DNA from: Saccostrea cucullata
Lineage: Eukaryota
Assembly: GCF_032062105.1 (NCBI RefSeq)
Contig: NW_026939884.1
Location: 682,001 to 746,000, forward strand
Direction: 5' to 3'
Length of the DNA: 64,000 nt
The stretch's first letter is position 1, and every line of letters starts with the position of its first letter. The notes beneath the pieces are model-generated. The model saw only the letters and a program-made list of their open reading frames with translations. It did no database searches and was not told the origin of the DNA. Position numbers and translations under genes: made by a program. Of the stretch, positions 1 to 13,098 are shown piece after piece.

Positions 1-932
1 CATGGTTAAAAGGTCAAAAGTCGCAAGAATAAAACTTGTGAAAGTCATAGCTAAACAACTCAAAGGTAATGCAAAGGTTAAGGTTATTGAGGACAAGCGA
101 CAGACAGACGGACGGACAGGGCAAAAACTTTAAATCATTACGATGGCATAAAAATATCTGTTGTTAGGAAATGATCGACTCTTACTTGATATCTGCAATG
201 CCAAAATTTGTACTATAAAATAAAGCGATGTTCAGAAAAGTAACCCATTGATTGTGAGCGTTTTGTTATTGATTTTTGTCTCCTACTCTCTGAATAATTT
301 GTAAAAAGACACCCGTCAAGCCACGTGTCTTTTTGTAATTCAAAGATCAAGGAACTTGTGTTGGAGGGAAAATCGTAAAGAAATCACATTTTTTAAACCA
401 CAACAAATGTTAAAATATACTAGTAGCAGAGCAGAAAGGGGAGATTCCTACTGTTTCATCATCATGGACAGGAAATCAAAAACTGAAAATGGAATAATCA
501 CAGAATTTGTTAAGAAATATAATTTACCAGAAATAAAGTTAATTCAAATGTTTAAAGGAGATTGTTTTAATTTACAAATAAACTGTTTTTGATTTTTATA
601 TAAACAGCCATCTTGTGAGGTAAATCTAGTTTTTAATGGGTGGAATAAATGAGTCATTATTTTAAATTTATGCTGGCGATCAACACCTTTCGATTTACTT
701 TTTTTAAAAGACACTATATCTTTCAACCTTTGATATTTAACCATATCAATGAAAGTCGCAAAAATTCAAGATAAAAAGCCAACGAATGTCCATTGATTCT
801 TCGTCATCACTTCTTGAATATATTGTAGCACAGTGGGTTTTGAGTTTACACATAATATCAGGATTATTTAATATTTTTGCAAAATGAGCAAATTTCTGTA
901 TGGAATAATAATACTGGACTCAGCAATGGGTA

Positions 933-1146
933 CTGTAGATTCCTTATTTTTCGCGAGAATTTATTATCGCGAATGTGCTTTTCAACGTCAAATCGCGAGA
1001 ATAATTCGCGAAGGGACGGTTGGTCTTGAGATTTTATTATATATTTCAGCATTTGAATTGAAAGTGAGTAATTTGATTTCGCGTGTGGTGCATTTTCTAG
1101 CGAAATTCCATAATTGAAACCCACGCGTATATTTAAAAATCTACAG
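933..1146. mobile_element. MITE with TA TSD
   Basis: TA|CTGTAGATT...AATCTACAG|TA, with internal TCGCGA repeats. Confidence 0.75.
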
Positions 1147-1249
1147 TATTCAGCTTTTCAATTGTCAACTTTCCTTTTTCTATGGAGTAAAATTCTGTAA
1201 TCTCTTGCAAATACTTGCAATCATTTGCATATGGTTTTTTCTATTAGCT

Positions 1250-2382
1250 CGATGAATTGATTTAATGTTTGTATATTGTTTTGCATCCCGAACGAGATTT
1301 TTTTTCTAACTCATATTGAGCTGTCATCTCATAATAGTGAAGGACTTCAAATTAAGACTTTTACTCGGCACTCAGGGTCATTGAGTAGTGAGGGATCTTT
1401 ATCGTGTTAACGCCTGCAATGACACAGGGCATTTGCTTTAAGATCTCATCCGAAAGACCTGCAAATTTTACTCAAAAGTGCCGATCGAGCGCTTGGAGAA
1501 GGAGCAGTTGCTCCCAATTTATATTTAACGACTTTAAGGCCCTTTCACAATTGGCGCACGAGCACTTTACAACACTTTGCGATCGGAAAATTTTAAATTC
1601 GCACGAGCTATATAATAATATGCATTCATTATGTGTTTTCAAAATGAGCAATCTCCTCAAAATAGTCAACATGCACACTATTCAGACGCGACCAAATGCG
1701 ATCAAAATTATCGCAATTCAACGCACGAAAATTAGTACGAAGGTATTACAACGTTTTATGAACGCACGATTTTTTTAAGATCGTAAGATGAATCGCAGCT
1801 GTCTTTGCGTGTGTTTTGCGACCATCACTGTTGCAACATACTTGCAATCACGTTTTACTATCATTGTTTTTTATCACCTTCAATTGCCATGCTTTGCAAC
1901 AGGTATATATACCATGTATAATTATAAGCATCTGTTGTCAACTGAAGATCGGAAACGGGTGGTATATATACCCGGACTCGCACAAACATTTTACGGAATG
2001 CATGAGTGCATATAGCACCGCACGTCCAATCGTTTTGTCGCACGTTCAATCGTCCGATTACCTGATCAGGCGTGCAATCCTATCGCATTATCTTACAACA
2101 CTCGCTTTCATTTACAACAGTCGCATATTTATCAAGATATATCGCAAGATTTAATGCACAACAGTCGCTTTGGATGTGCAAATTTCGTACGAAAACTTTT
2201 TTCATATGCGATTATTTTGGCAACAGTTTACGATCCTAACCAAAATTATTCGGTCGCACGAATATTTTGTCGCTTCTGCTCGTGCGCCAATTGTGAAAGG
2301 ACCTTTAGTAAGTCACGGACGTTATTCGAGCAATTTCACATGAAGGAGCGAGCATTCTACCGACTGAGCTACCGTGATGGTC
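1250..2382 (-). mobile_element. tRNA-derived SINE (Meta/Deu-domain, BivaMD-like), split by a MITE
   Basis: Minus-strand head with A-box-like TAGCTCAGTCGG at ~2360-2372. Body at 1250-1535 is homologous to the SINE at 9319-9521 (TTCGGATGAGA..CACGATAAAGATCCCTCACT). Confidence 0.75.
1537..2304. mobile_element. PIF/Harbinger-type MITE
   Basis: ~28-bp TIR AGG(C/T)CCTTTCACAATTGGCGCACGAGCA; 3-bp TSD TTA at 1534-1536 and 2305-2307; inserted in the SINE. Confidence 0.85.
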
Positions 2383-2639
2383 TACTTGATTCGATACTCA
2401 CGAGCAATTTTTTTAATCAAGGCAGGAAAATGATAAATATGACTGGGGGTTTTCATCGTCAAGTGTCCTTATCTATGTAGGAATATCCCACTTCGTATGA
2501 CTGATTGACTGTTTTAGAGGCCCGTATTAATTTTGCTTTAGAATTTGTATTGTTAAAATAACGTTTGAGCTTGAATACTGTTTGTTCTCTCCATCTATTT
2601 CATCCGTTATCATTTGTATTTTTTGTTGATTTCTCTCAA

Positions 2640-3020
2640 CATTTTCGCTACTTTAGAGCATGCTCTGAGTAAGATTATTTTTTAACCTATGAAGGCTACT
2701 GATAGATAACTTGATGTTACAGGGATTTGCACAACCTCGTTTCAAGTAAGTTCTATGGTCTTTTTTATGACTTTTTTAGAAAAGTAACCTTTCTTTTGGT
2801 TGTAGTTTGACTGATTTGTTTCATACCACTTGTTTGGCTTTTGCTTTTATACTGAATTTTTACTACGGAAATTTATGTATACTTGATCGATTCATGGGGC
2901 TTACAGCGAGTATGACCAATTGACAAAGGATTCTTGCTCCTCCTAGGCACCTTCACCCACCTCTGGTGTTTCAGGCTCTTTCCTGTCTTTTCCAACGATT
3001 TGTATTGTGTTATTGGATAC
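2640..3020 (+). mobile_element. Old 3' fragment of a related Penelope-like element
   Basis: Degenerate TGACC..GCTCCTCCTAGGCACCT..CCCACCTCTGG 3'-UTR motif at ~2910-2970, preceded by RT C-terminal-like sequence. Confidence 0.55.
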
Positions 3021-6000
3021 CCTGTTAGATTCTTCACCCAAGTCATACAACAGCAAACATTTTTCTTCTTTAAACAAGGTTGTAGGAAGGATATTTTTTC
3101 TCTTCAAATTTTAAAATAAAAACAAATAAGCAAAGTAAAATGCAATAAAAGACCTTTAAGATGAACTGGACGGGTCAATGTTTTTGTAGCAATTCATGGA
3201 GGTTATAACATGTACAATTCTAAAAATGCATAAAAATAACGCATTCAATAAAACCTTGATATAAAAAAGACCTGTGATTTTCTAAAATTCAAAAGGGTTC
3301 TCTTTCATAAAATTGTAGTGTTAATAATTATCATATTTTCTAAAATGTTTGCTTCTTAAAAGATTTTTGAAAATAGACAACGGATAATGGTACAAATGTA
3401 TTGTCCATTTTATTCATACATTTTGGATAGATATAATGACTAGACATAAACAAATCCATAAGAAAAGCTTTATGATACAGCTGTGTTGAAATATTAATTA
3501 AATAGAAAAGTTTCCTAAAGTAGAGAAAGAATTATGTTATCAATTTTTCCATCTGTGTATCTGTTTATCAAATGCGATGGCACATTTAATTAAATATTAT
3601 ATAGAATAAACTTGTGTACTCTTGCTTCAGACACGTGTTTTATGTACTTTTGTTCAGTTAACTCTTTGCACGTACTTGCTCAGAACTTTTTAAATCAACT
3701 ATATCTTTATTTACATTTGCAAATATGTGTTTAAGGGATATAACACAAAGAGTGTAAAAGTATTTTATTATAGACACGATTGAAAGTATGCAGTAGGACA
3801 TTCTATGAATTTCTTCAATTAATTTTGGCTTCAGTTTCGGCGAATTAAGGACAAGGGTGTCTGTTTCCAATTGTTTTATAAAAAAAATGTGTATTGATTT
3901 ACCTAGTTCAGCAATACAATATAATTGGATTCTTCATTCTAAACAGTCATACTTAAATGCTAAGTTCAGCTTTCACAATAAAGACACGCTTTTTTGATTG
4001 CTGTTTACATGCAAGACATGTCCGCACTTCAATGGAGATTCAAGCAATCAGTTAACCACTGAGTGGTAGAATACGTAGTCATGCTTGCCTGTGACAACTT
4101 TCAGGACAATCTAGAACACACAATTTGTGTTCTTTTCGGTATAATTCAAACTTCTTTAGTTATCATCAGTGGATGAGCGTAATAAATTTTGGTTAAACTA
4201 CGTCAATTATGAAGTTAGGATTAAAATTGTTTGAAACAATGGCAATGTCAGATAAGTAATTGTAATGGCTTTTTTCGTCATATAGGGATTCAAATGTTAT
4301 TCTAATTTTATTGTACTGAAATATAAAGATTTCTTTTGAAAAAAAGTACTTTCTTCGCATTTATTTCGGTATATACAATTCTTTTTGCTTGTTTAAGACT
4401 ACATCATTGTTAAAAAGTTTTTGTGACGTATTTGATATGTTTTTTTTCTTTTCGTTATTATAAACGATTTCTATTCTTCTCCGTTTATCACATGTTATGT
4501 AAAGAAAACAGAAAAATTGGTTTAATAGTAAATTCCACCTAGGAGCACAGGGTGTCAAGCTCATCAATATGAGTACATTCTTCAAAGTCTTTTCTTCTTA
4601 ATTTAGCAGGAAAACTATTAACTTAACAAAATTTAACTAACCTCTGGGATTGATTGCCCTATTCATGATTTGTTGTGTTACTGGGTTTGGTAATAAAAAT
4701 TGGTCACTTTTTGTCATCTAAGCCTTTCACAATTTTAAAGCAATAAACCAGAATCCATAGTGCCCAGGACCATGTTTAAGGTCCAAGGACATGGATATGC
4801 TAATCATGCATCCATTAATTGAAACGTCTAAAAAGCTTACTCTTTTCTTACAGAAGCTTGTGAACCAATTATGTGATTATAATGACCGATCGAATGACCT
4901 TTTATTAAAAAAAAGTTAATAATCACTGTACCATTATTTCGGTCCAATAAAATTCTTCGTGATAAATTAAAAAAATATTCATTTACTGAATAATTTACAC
5001 TAAACTCTGAAAGACTCTTCTAACTAGTGGAGTAAGCAACTGGTTTTGTTGAAATCCTTGTAACAACAACTTATGCATCAGTAGCTTACCTTGGTTTAAA
5101 AATCGATCGTAGAGCATGTTCTTGTGTATTGAAGTAGTCGGAACGTTGCTACATAAATATGGCCCTTTACAGCATCCTCCTTTCGAACAGCTTACTTTTA
5201 AGTTAGTGATTGTCGTGTATACATATAGCCAGTAGAACCTTAAAATATGAAACTGATTCGGTGGAGTCTGTATCGTCTTATATTACGAGGCCAATGAAAT
5301 ATTTAGAGTCAACATATGAATTAAAGTAACTATCTGTATTGTCTGTTAATAAACGTTGTCGATGTAAAAAATAAATGTTGATAATTATTTATCTCCTTTC
5401 AAGGGGACGATTTTATGGATTTTTTTTCTTTTTCGAAGAAATATAAAGAAAGGTTAACTTATTATTTTGCACAATTAGTGGAATTGAAATCCAGATATAC
5501 TGATGGAAGATTTTGTCTCCAAATACTACATAGAAAGAATCAAATAGGAACTCAGGATCTTTTGCTATCAACTTGAGAAAATAATGTTGATTTGTAGATG
5601 TATGATTGATTATTTACAAACTAATTTTGAAAGTGACGAATTAAAAGAAATGAAAATCGACAGGTCTTTCTATTTATCAATAAAGCAGTTGTTAATGATG
5701 TCCAAAAGCATTCTCTTTGAATATAATGAGAAATGGTTGTATAAAGCTAAGAAATACCTGTATCATAAATTTTAATGATATTATTGTTTGTAAAGTTATG
5801 ATATTTTGAATGTTCCAAAAGATTATTTGGAGTTTTTGAGATTTGACCCTACTTTTGATTTACACAGACTTTTAAATATAGGTTGTAGTACAATACGCCT
5901 GAATTCTCCTTCGAAATATTTGATATTTGGATAACGAGTACGGATAGTGACTTAATTGGACATTTACTGGATCCTGCAAAATATTTCATTTGTAAACATT

Positions 6001-7234
6001 TTTTATCCAAATTTGCTTCTGGAAAATTTATTTAAACGTCATAAATAAATGTCTTTTTACTCTGTGCAGAAGTATTTACAATCAAAAAATAAAAGTATCA
6101 CTGAATAAATAAAATTTGGCGCGGGATGCCTTATGCAAGCATTAAGCATGCTGTGTGGCCTCTTGGTTTACGCCACCTTCTTGTTACACAAACTTTTTCA
6201 TCATTATATAACAATAGCTGGGATAAGCAATAAGTCGCAATATATCATATCTAAGTTGAAACTATTCATTATTTGTCCTTATCCCAGCTATAATTTACAA
6301 GATTATATGTAAAATTGTATATTAATGTGCTTTTGTTCACTTGCGTCATTTATCTAGTTAATAAATGACATGTTTTCACTCAACTCATTTCTCATGTTTT
6401 CTCTAGTGGGTAAAGCAACAAGAACAAGCTGCGGAAAGGCATTTCATTTTATGGGATTTATTATTATTAGTGGAAAAGTTGTGAATATAAAGTATGTGAC
6501 ACCATTTACATTCTATATCTAATACGAATGCTCTATATTTCACATATCACAATTCGCTGAAAATGAAGATAAGTTCAAATGGATTGGGGTAAAAGAGATA
6601 CTTCTTTACCAAGTAGATGTTCTTACATTAAGAATTTGCCGAAGCCGTTAATATCGGGACTTTATATGAAAAGAAGATGTAATTGGACAATAACGGCATT
6701 CTTTTATGGCATTCGATGTCTTGCATTCACCAAAATAGATTATCAATAGTTAGCAGTGGTAAAGTACATACGTTAGCTTCAGAAGTAGAGCAAGGGAGGA
6801 TGGTTACTTCACTTCACTTTTACAATCATCCTATTTAAGTTTTTTGAAAGTGTATTAAATCGCTGGTTCCGTGACGTGCTACACCTTGTTTCTAATGTGT
6901 TTGTTTTATATTAAATATGATGTACATTTGTAAAAATATTATACAATACTCTAATACATACACAGATTCAAGATAATATGACTACATGTTTAATTAATGT
7001 TGGTTATATAAACCAAACTTTTTGCATGTTAATAAACATTTTTAAAAGGACCAATTTACTCTTTTTATCCATTCATTCAATAAAGAATAAACTGTTATCA
7101 ATGCCATCATCATTTGTACAATCCTAATATACATGTACAATACAGCTGTGATGGATACTGCGATGCTCATTTGTATAACATTAAATACAATTTAAGAGCA
7201 ATGCAAATTAAAGAAAAAATTGAAAATTGAAAAA

Positions 7235-7385
7235 CCGGTTGGCAGCAGATGCTCACTCCTCCATTGTACCTACTCCAACCTCTGATGTTTTGGAGGTCTG
7301 TCTTTGCTCTGTTCCTTATTTTGAATGTTTGATGGACTTCTGAGCTTGAATACTGTTCATTATCTCCATATACGTATGTATTTCA
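7235..7385 (+). mobile_element. Isolated 3'-UTR fragment of the Penelope-like family
   Basis: ACCGGTTGGCAGCAGATGCTCACTCCTCC..ACCTCTGATGTTTTGGAGGTC..AGCTTGAATACTGTTC matches 9720-9860. Confidence 0.7.
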
Positions 7386-7918
7386 CGATAAAAAAAAACG
7401 ACCTAGAAGCAAACTCATTCATAAAGGATAAGAAATTCAATTAAAACGAAAAATACCATTACTTTAGATGGCCTTTAAGACTAGTTTATTTTCTCAGAAT
7501 AATATGAACACTTCGCTCGTTGGAGGGTTGACGGAATTGTTAATGCAGCCCCGCCGCCTACTCGGAACCTTGACTGAAGAAAATCTTGGAGCGAGATCAA
7601 TACATCGCAGATATGTTTCTCTTCTGTTGTATAGAAAAAAATACACGCATATCATAATAAGTAGACTTTTTAAATTGATTTGCTGATTAATGTAAAAAAA
7701 AGTGTTATATTTTTCAGAAGAAGAGGTTTATAAATATATTATTCCATGTTTATAACAAATGTGTTTTCATTATTCTATTACACACAAGTACTTTGAAAAT
7801 TTTGTATTTAAAAATGCTTGTTTAAGATAGACTATGTGTGGATTTTGGAGACCAGGTATTCCAACAATAAATTGGAATTCCCATCTGTACCAATGGCGCC
7901 CTGCAATTAGCAGATCTA

Positions 7919-8882
7919 CGAGGGGTGATCAAAAAGTTCGAAAACTATCTCTATATCTACAAAACCACAATTCAGATTAGAATGAAATTCGGTACACACA
8001 TAGCCATACACAAGGACTATAAATAGCATATGCTGAATAAAGTTTCTCTTCTTGTTTGTGACGTCACAATGTGAAAATGACGTCACTATTTAGGTCACTT
8101 GTGACGAAAAATGGTTGTCTCAGTCGAACTCTTTTAACAAACGACTGTACAATTTATTGTAATATCTTAGAAATCCCTCTACAGTATCATATAATAATTT
8201 GTACACAGTTTATTGAGATAAATGAGTTCCTATCAATTCAATTAATGATTGGATTAAGCGTTTTAGTGAAGGAAGGCTGATGGTTAAAAATGATACTTGT
8301 CATCTTGCCCAGTGAAAGCAATATTTTGAAAAGATATGTATTTTTAATTAAGCAATTTGCTATCAAAGACCTCCAATTAGCACTTTGAAAAATAGTTGAA
8401 TATTTGAACAATGATATAAGTATTAAATACCTAAGATATCGTTTACTTTAGATTTTAAACATATTAGATATGATAAAAAGGATGCACCCATTCTCTATCC
8501 ACCTTAAATAAAGGTCTCTCCTGAGACAGAAGATTTGTGTTTTAATGGTCGCCATGCTTATTTTTGAAAAGGATGTTATTATCCACCCATTCTGTTGCCG
8601 CGATATGACCATTTCTGACAAATTAACTGTTCTTGTCATAAAAATTAACTCACATGGAAAGAAATATAAAACTCGGAAAAATCTTTTAATTTTTGTGACA
8701 GAACGCTACGGAGAAGGTCACGTGACCGCCAATATCACGTGATTCGCGCATGCGCAGAACGGTGGTTGATGTGCATTAAAATCGGGGAGGATTAATTTAA
8801 AATATAATCAACATTAAAACCAAATATTGTTTCTTGTATGGAAGTTATTCAATTAGTTTGCGAACTTTTTGATCACCCCTCG
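7919..8882. mobile_element. Non-autonomous Tc1/mariner-type element
   Basis: Perfect 22-bp TIR CGAGGGGTGATCAAAAAGTTCG with TA TSD; splits the Penelope RT. Confidence 0.9.
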
Positions 8883-9318
8883 TATATCTGTTTTCATATT
8901 AAATAAAATTTGTCCAAAAATCATATGTTAAAAGAAGAAAACACTTGTTTTGACCTTCAGCTCGACAAATAGATATATCGACGACGTATTGTCAATTCAC
9001 AATTGTTATTTCCATTCGTATGTCGATAGGATATATCACGGTGAGCTTGGGATAAAAAATATCACAGAGGCTGACACATCTGTTTCATTTTTGGATGTTT
9101 TACTTGAAAATACGTTAATGGTAATCTGAAAACCAAACTCTACGATAAACGTGATGACTTTAACTTTTCAATCGACAACGTACCTTACTTATGCAGCAGT
9201 ATACCTTCATTACCTGTATACAGAGTTTATACCCGTCAGTTGATTCGATACGCGAGAGCATGCTCTACGTATGAAAAAGTTCTAAAACTAAATACATTAT
9301 TAACAAAGAAGTTGATGA

Positions 9319-9352
9319 TTGATTAATTGATTGTATATTGTTTAACGTCCCT

Positions 9353-9386
<34 letters not shown>

Positions 9387-9521
9387 GTATGCCGGTGAAG
9401 GGCTTCAAATTTTGACCTTTACTCGGCACTCAAGGGCATTGAGCAGTGAGGGATCTTTATCGTGCCAACGCCTGCCGCTGACACGGGGCCTCGGTTTTTA
9501 AGGTCTCATCCGAAGAACCCG
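9319..9521 (-). mobile_element. 5'-truncated SINE of the same family, inserted in the Penelope copy
   Basis: 13-bp TSD AAGAAGTTGATGA at 9306-9318 and 9522-9534; (CAAT)n-like tail. Confidence 0.85.
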
Positions 9522-12188
9522 AAGAAGTTGATGAAGAATATCAGCGTTCTCGTTTTAAGTCATCATTTCTTAAGTTCTGCGTTCGATACAATGAATTTGT
9601 CAGCAAATACAATTTTTCATTGAATTAAATGCTCACTGACGTTTTTCCGAATATTTTTTCCGTATATTTTTTTCGGATTTTTCCGTTACCTCCCGATCAT
9701 GACAAGGAACACACGGCGGGTGTGACCGGTCAGCAGATGATGCTCACTCCTCCAAGGCATCTGATCCCACCTCTGATGTTTTTGAAGTCCGTGTGTGCTC
9801 TTCTCCCATTTGCATTGGTTGATGGACAACTTAGCTTGAATACTGTTCGTTATACCCATATATTTCATTAGATATATCGACGACGATTTGTCAATTAACA
9901 ATGGTTATTTCCATCCGTATGTCGATACGGATGTCACGGTGAGCTTTAAATAAAAGATACCACAGAGTTTATCACGTATGTTTCATATTTAGATATTTTA
10001 CTTGAAAAAGACATTAATGGTAATCTAACAACCAAGCTTAATGATAAACTTGATGATTTTCCATATTTTCCTCAGGGAGACCCGAAATAAATTAAAAAGA
10101 TTGAATAGATTAAAAAGTAAAAATCGGAGGTGCACAATACGTGATGTATTAAAGAACACATATTATGACGTCATTTTATAATTTTTATGACGTAATAATT
10201 CCGAAAATGACGTCAGACTTCCGCATATTTGGAATACTGACCATAAAAATTACGTAACAAAAGACGCAATTTCATCAAATTAAAATTTTAAAGACAACTT
10301 TTGCTCATTACTAGGACGCAAGCTAACGGAAGCAAATGCCAGTTGGTGGAATGTTTACATAGACTACAATCTATCATATGGTGTTCTATTTTGGAGATCT
10401 TCTTGTTCTGAAATGGTTTAAGCGAGAGTCAAACTTCGCATGTTTTTATAGGATCTCGCTCAAAATATATTGCGTGAAAAAGACCTAACTATGAGAAAAA
10501 GACGAAGTCCACAATCAAAGAAAAATAGGTGATCGTGTTACAAAATTTGATGGCATAAATTCGTCAGGTGTTTTAACCAGATTTGTGGGATGGATGAAGG
10601 CTCAAGAGAAGTTAAGTGTGCTCTACATTTTCTCGTAAAATCCAACATGGCGCCGGCGCAGTTGTAACCCCATCGTACCTCCACATATTCGCGAATTTTA
10701 ATGCTTGGAAAATAAATAAGATTTTATATGTCTGTGTAACTTATAATCAATTTTTAAGATTTTATCTTTTATATAAAATCAACACGCTTCGCAATTAAAT
10801 TTAATTAGGGAATCAGAGAACTCGACCACAAATTTACAAGTGTTTTATCATATAGCTTTGGAATATCAAGCATATGTATTTCTTTTAGTGTACTTTCATT
10901 TTATTCTACTGGTTGTATTTTATGTCTGATATTTTAGTTGATTACAAATGTTTCTTTACATTGACAAATCCTCATTTTGCAATAATGTAACTTCACTTAT
11001 AATTTGCATGTTTACACTGTGAAATCCATTTTACTATACTGGAACTGTATTTACAAAGTTTGTATGAATTTATGATTTGATTTGATAACAATTTTATCAT
11101 GTTTTGACCAATAAGCTTTTTTCAACACACATGTGTGTTTGTTTGTTATTTTTTAGATGTATAGGTATGGAAAGGGGAAAAAGGAGGACCTAAATATATT
11201 TATGTGTACAAAAAAGAGTCAATTGTACTAAAGAAAGTCGTACACATACCTGAGAAAAAAATGATAAAAACTGTTTAAATGCCCTCTTTGTATGACGTAT
11301 TTGATTCTTCAACAAGGTCGTTATTGACAAGAACATAATAGAAATTTATCTGTCTTATTTCTAGATTCATTTTTTGTCCCTTTAAAGTATGAAATGTGTT
11401 TATAATTAATTTTCAGATGTAAATCAAAAATTAATGATGAATATAATTACGCGATGCTGAACAGGTTCTCACATAGAGTACGTGATCTTCATCGCATACA
11501 TTTTATGTCTTATATTTAACAATGATAATACATGCAGACCTCTAAAACATAAGAAATGGTATCAGGAGCCCAGGAAAAGTAAGCCTCCTCATGAACTGTG
11601 ATCTTCATTGCATACATTTTAAGTCGTCTCATTATATTTAACAATGATAACACATCCAGACCTATAAAAACACAAGAAATGGGATCAAGAGCCTAGGGGA
11701 AGTAAGCATCCTCTACCAACCAGATCTTTGTATATTGATCAGGTAAAGGAGTAATAAAATTTCAAATCAAGAGAGTAGAAATCAATAGCTGATCTGTTTT
11801 GAAACATTTCAGTCAAAAACAGTTCCTAAGATGGGTTGTAAATTGCAAACAAGGTTATTCCATTTCATGACACACAAAAAATATATAATATTATATAGAA
11901 TAGCTAACATATACTTATGTATACTGAAGTTCATTTACAACACAAAGTAAATCTTAAATAGGATTGAAAAACAGTTTGTTTATCAATGAAAATATATGGA
12001 GATAACGAACAGTATTCAAGCTCAAAAGTCCATTAAACAATCCAAAATAGATACAGAGCAAACACGGACCTCCGAAACATCAGAGGTGGGATCAGGTGCC
12101 ATGGAGGAGTGAACATCCCCTGCTGACCGGTTACACCGGCGACGGCTCCTTGTCATGATCGGGATATAATGGGAAAATTTGTCCTTAA

Positions 12189-12904
12189 GGTTTCGTCAAA
12201 GGTCAATATGTCTAAAAAATTATTTTTACAATAGCTCCAAAACTATGTGTGGTATACAGTCGAAACGTTTACTGTTTATAGATATATCATTGATTAATAG
12301 ATAGAAAGTATCACTTGATAACAAATATTTTAAAAATATATATTTTTTTAGAAAAATTGTATCAGAAAATGTGCATATTTAAAGAAAAATGCACCTTCTT
12401 AATTCTGTCCTTTTTGTGAAAACCATCATTGCAGAAATAATAAATGTTTATCATTGAAGGGCAAGTTGGATGTAAATGATGTCTGAAAGGCTGTTATTGC
12501 AAGCATGACATGTATAAAGACAAGACCCCTATAGAATCCGACATTTGCAATGTACTTTCACTTTCAAGTCTTAACATTTGGACAAAATAAACGGGGAAAA
12601 CAACTTTGCAGAGGCTATCCAAGTCCAACTTGCCCTTCACTGATAAACATATTTTGTTTCTGCAATGATGGTTTTCACTAAGAGCACGGAATTAATTAGG
12701 TGTATGTTTTGAAAATATAGGCAGTTTTAAGAAGAATTTTTCTCAATTAATATTTTTCCAACTATTTTTTTTTATCAAGTGATACTTTCTATCTGTTAAT
12801 CGATGAAAAATTTATAAACTGTAAAAGTTTTAACTTTATACCTCACATAGTTTTAGGGCTATTGTAAAAATAATTTTTTGGACATGTTGACCTTTGACGA
12901 AACC
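12189..12904. mobile_element. Foldback MITE with TTAA TSD (Kolobok-like GG..CC ends)
   Basis: TTAA|GGTTTCGTCAAAGGTCAA...TTGACCTTTGACGAAACC|TTAA; imperfect inverted arms extend ~290 bp. Confidence 0.85.
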
Positions 12905-13098
12905 TTAATTCAGTGTGTGAAAAATGGACTAACAATTATTATGAAAAATCTCAGTCAGCATAAAAATTTTGACTTATTGTAATGATAAACTGTATAGGCT
13001 GATAAGTGATAAGGTTATTGCATCGACCATAGAACTTGATGAATGATGACTTTAAACGAGACTGCTAATATTGTTGTTTTATCAACTTGTTTGTCAAT

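Larger units (their letters stand above)
7830..10060 (+). mobile_element. Decayed Penelope-like retroelement (Naiad-like RT) with nested insertions and a partial tandem copy
   Basis: Remnant RT motifs (FGDQVFQQ.IGIP, RYIDDVLS, KLYDKRDDFNF, QLIRYARACS) and the family 3' end at ~9700-9867. 9868-10060 repeats the 8970-9165 RT segment. Interrupted by the MITE at 7919-8882 and the SINE at 9319-9521. Confidence 0.8.

Noticed and set aside
2310-2382. tRNA gene on the minus strand
   Set aside because: Only a degenerate A-box head is present, contiguous with a SINE body once the MITE is removed; no cloverleaf.
1404-2480. Cluster of 60-124-aa ORFs
   Set aside because: They lie within a Harbinger-type MITE and a SINE; no transposase or other motif recognised.
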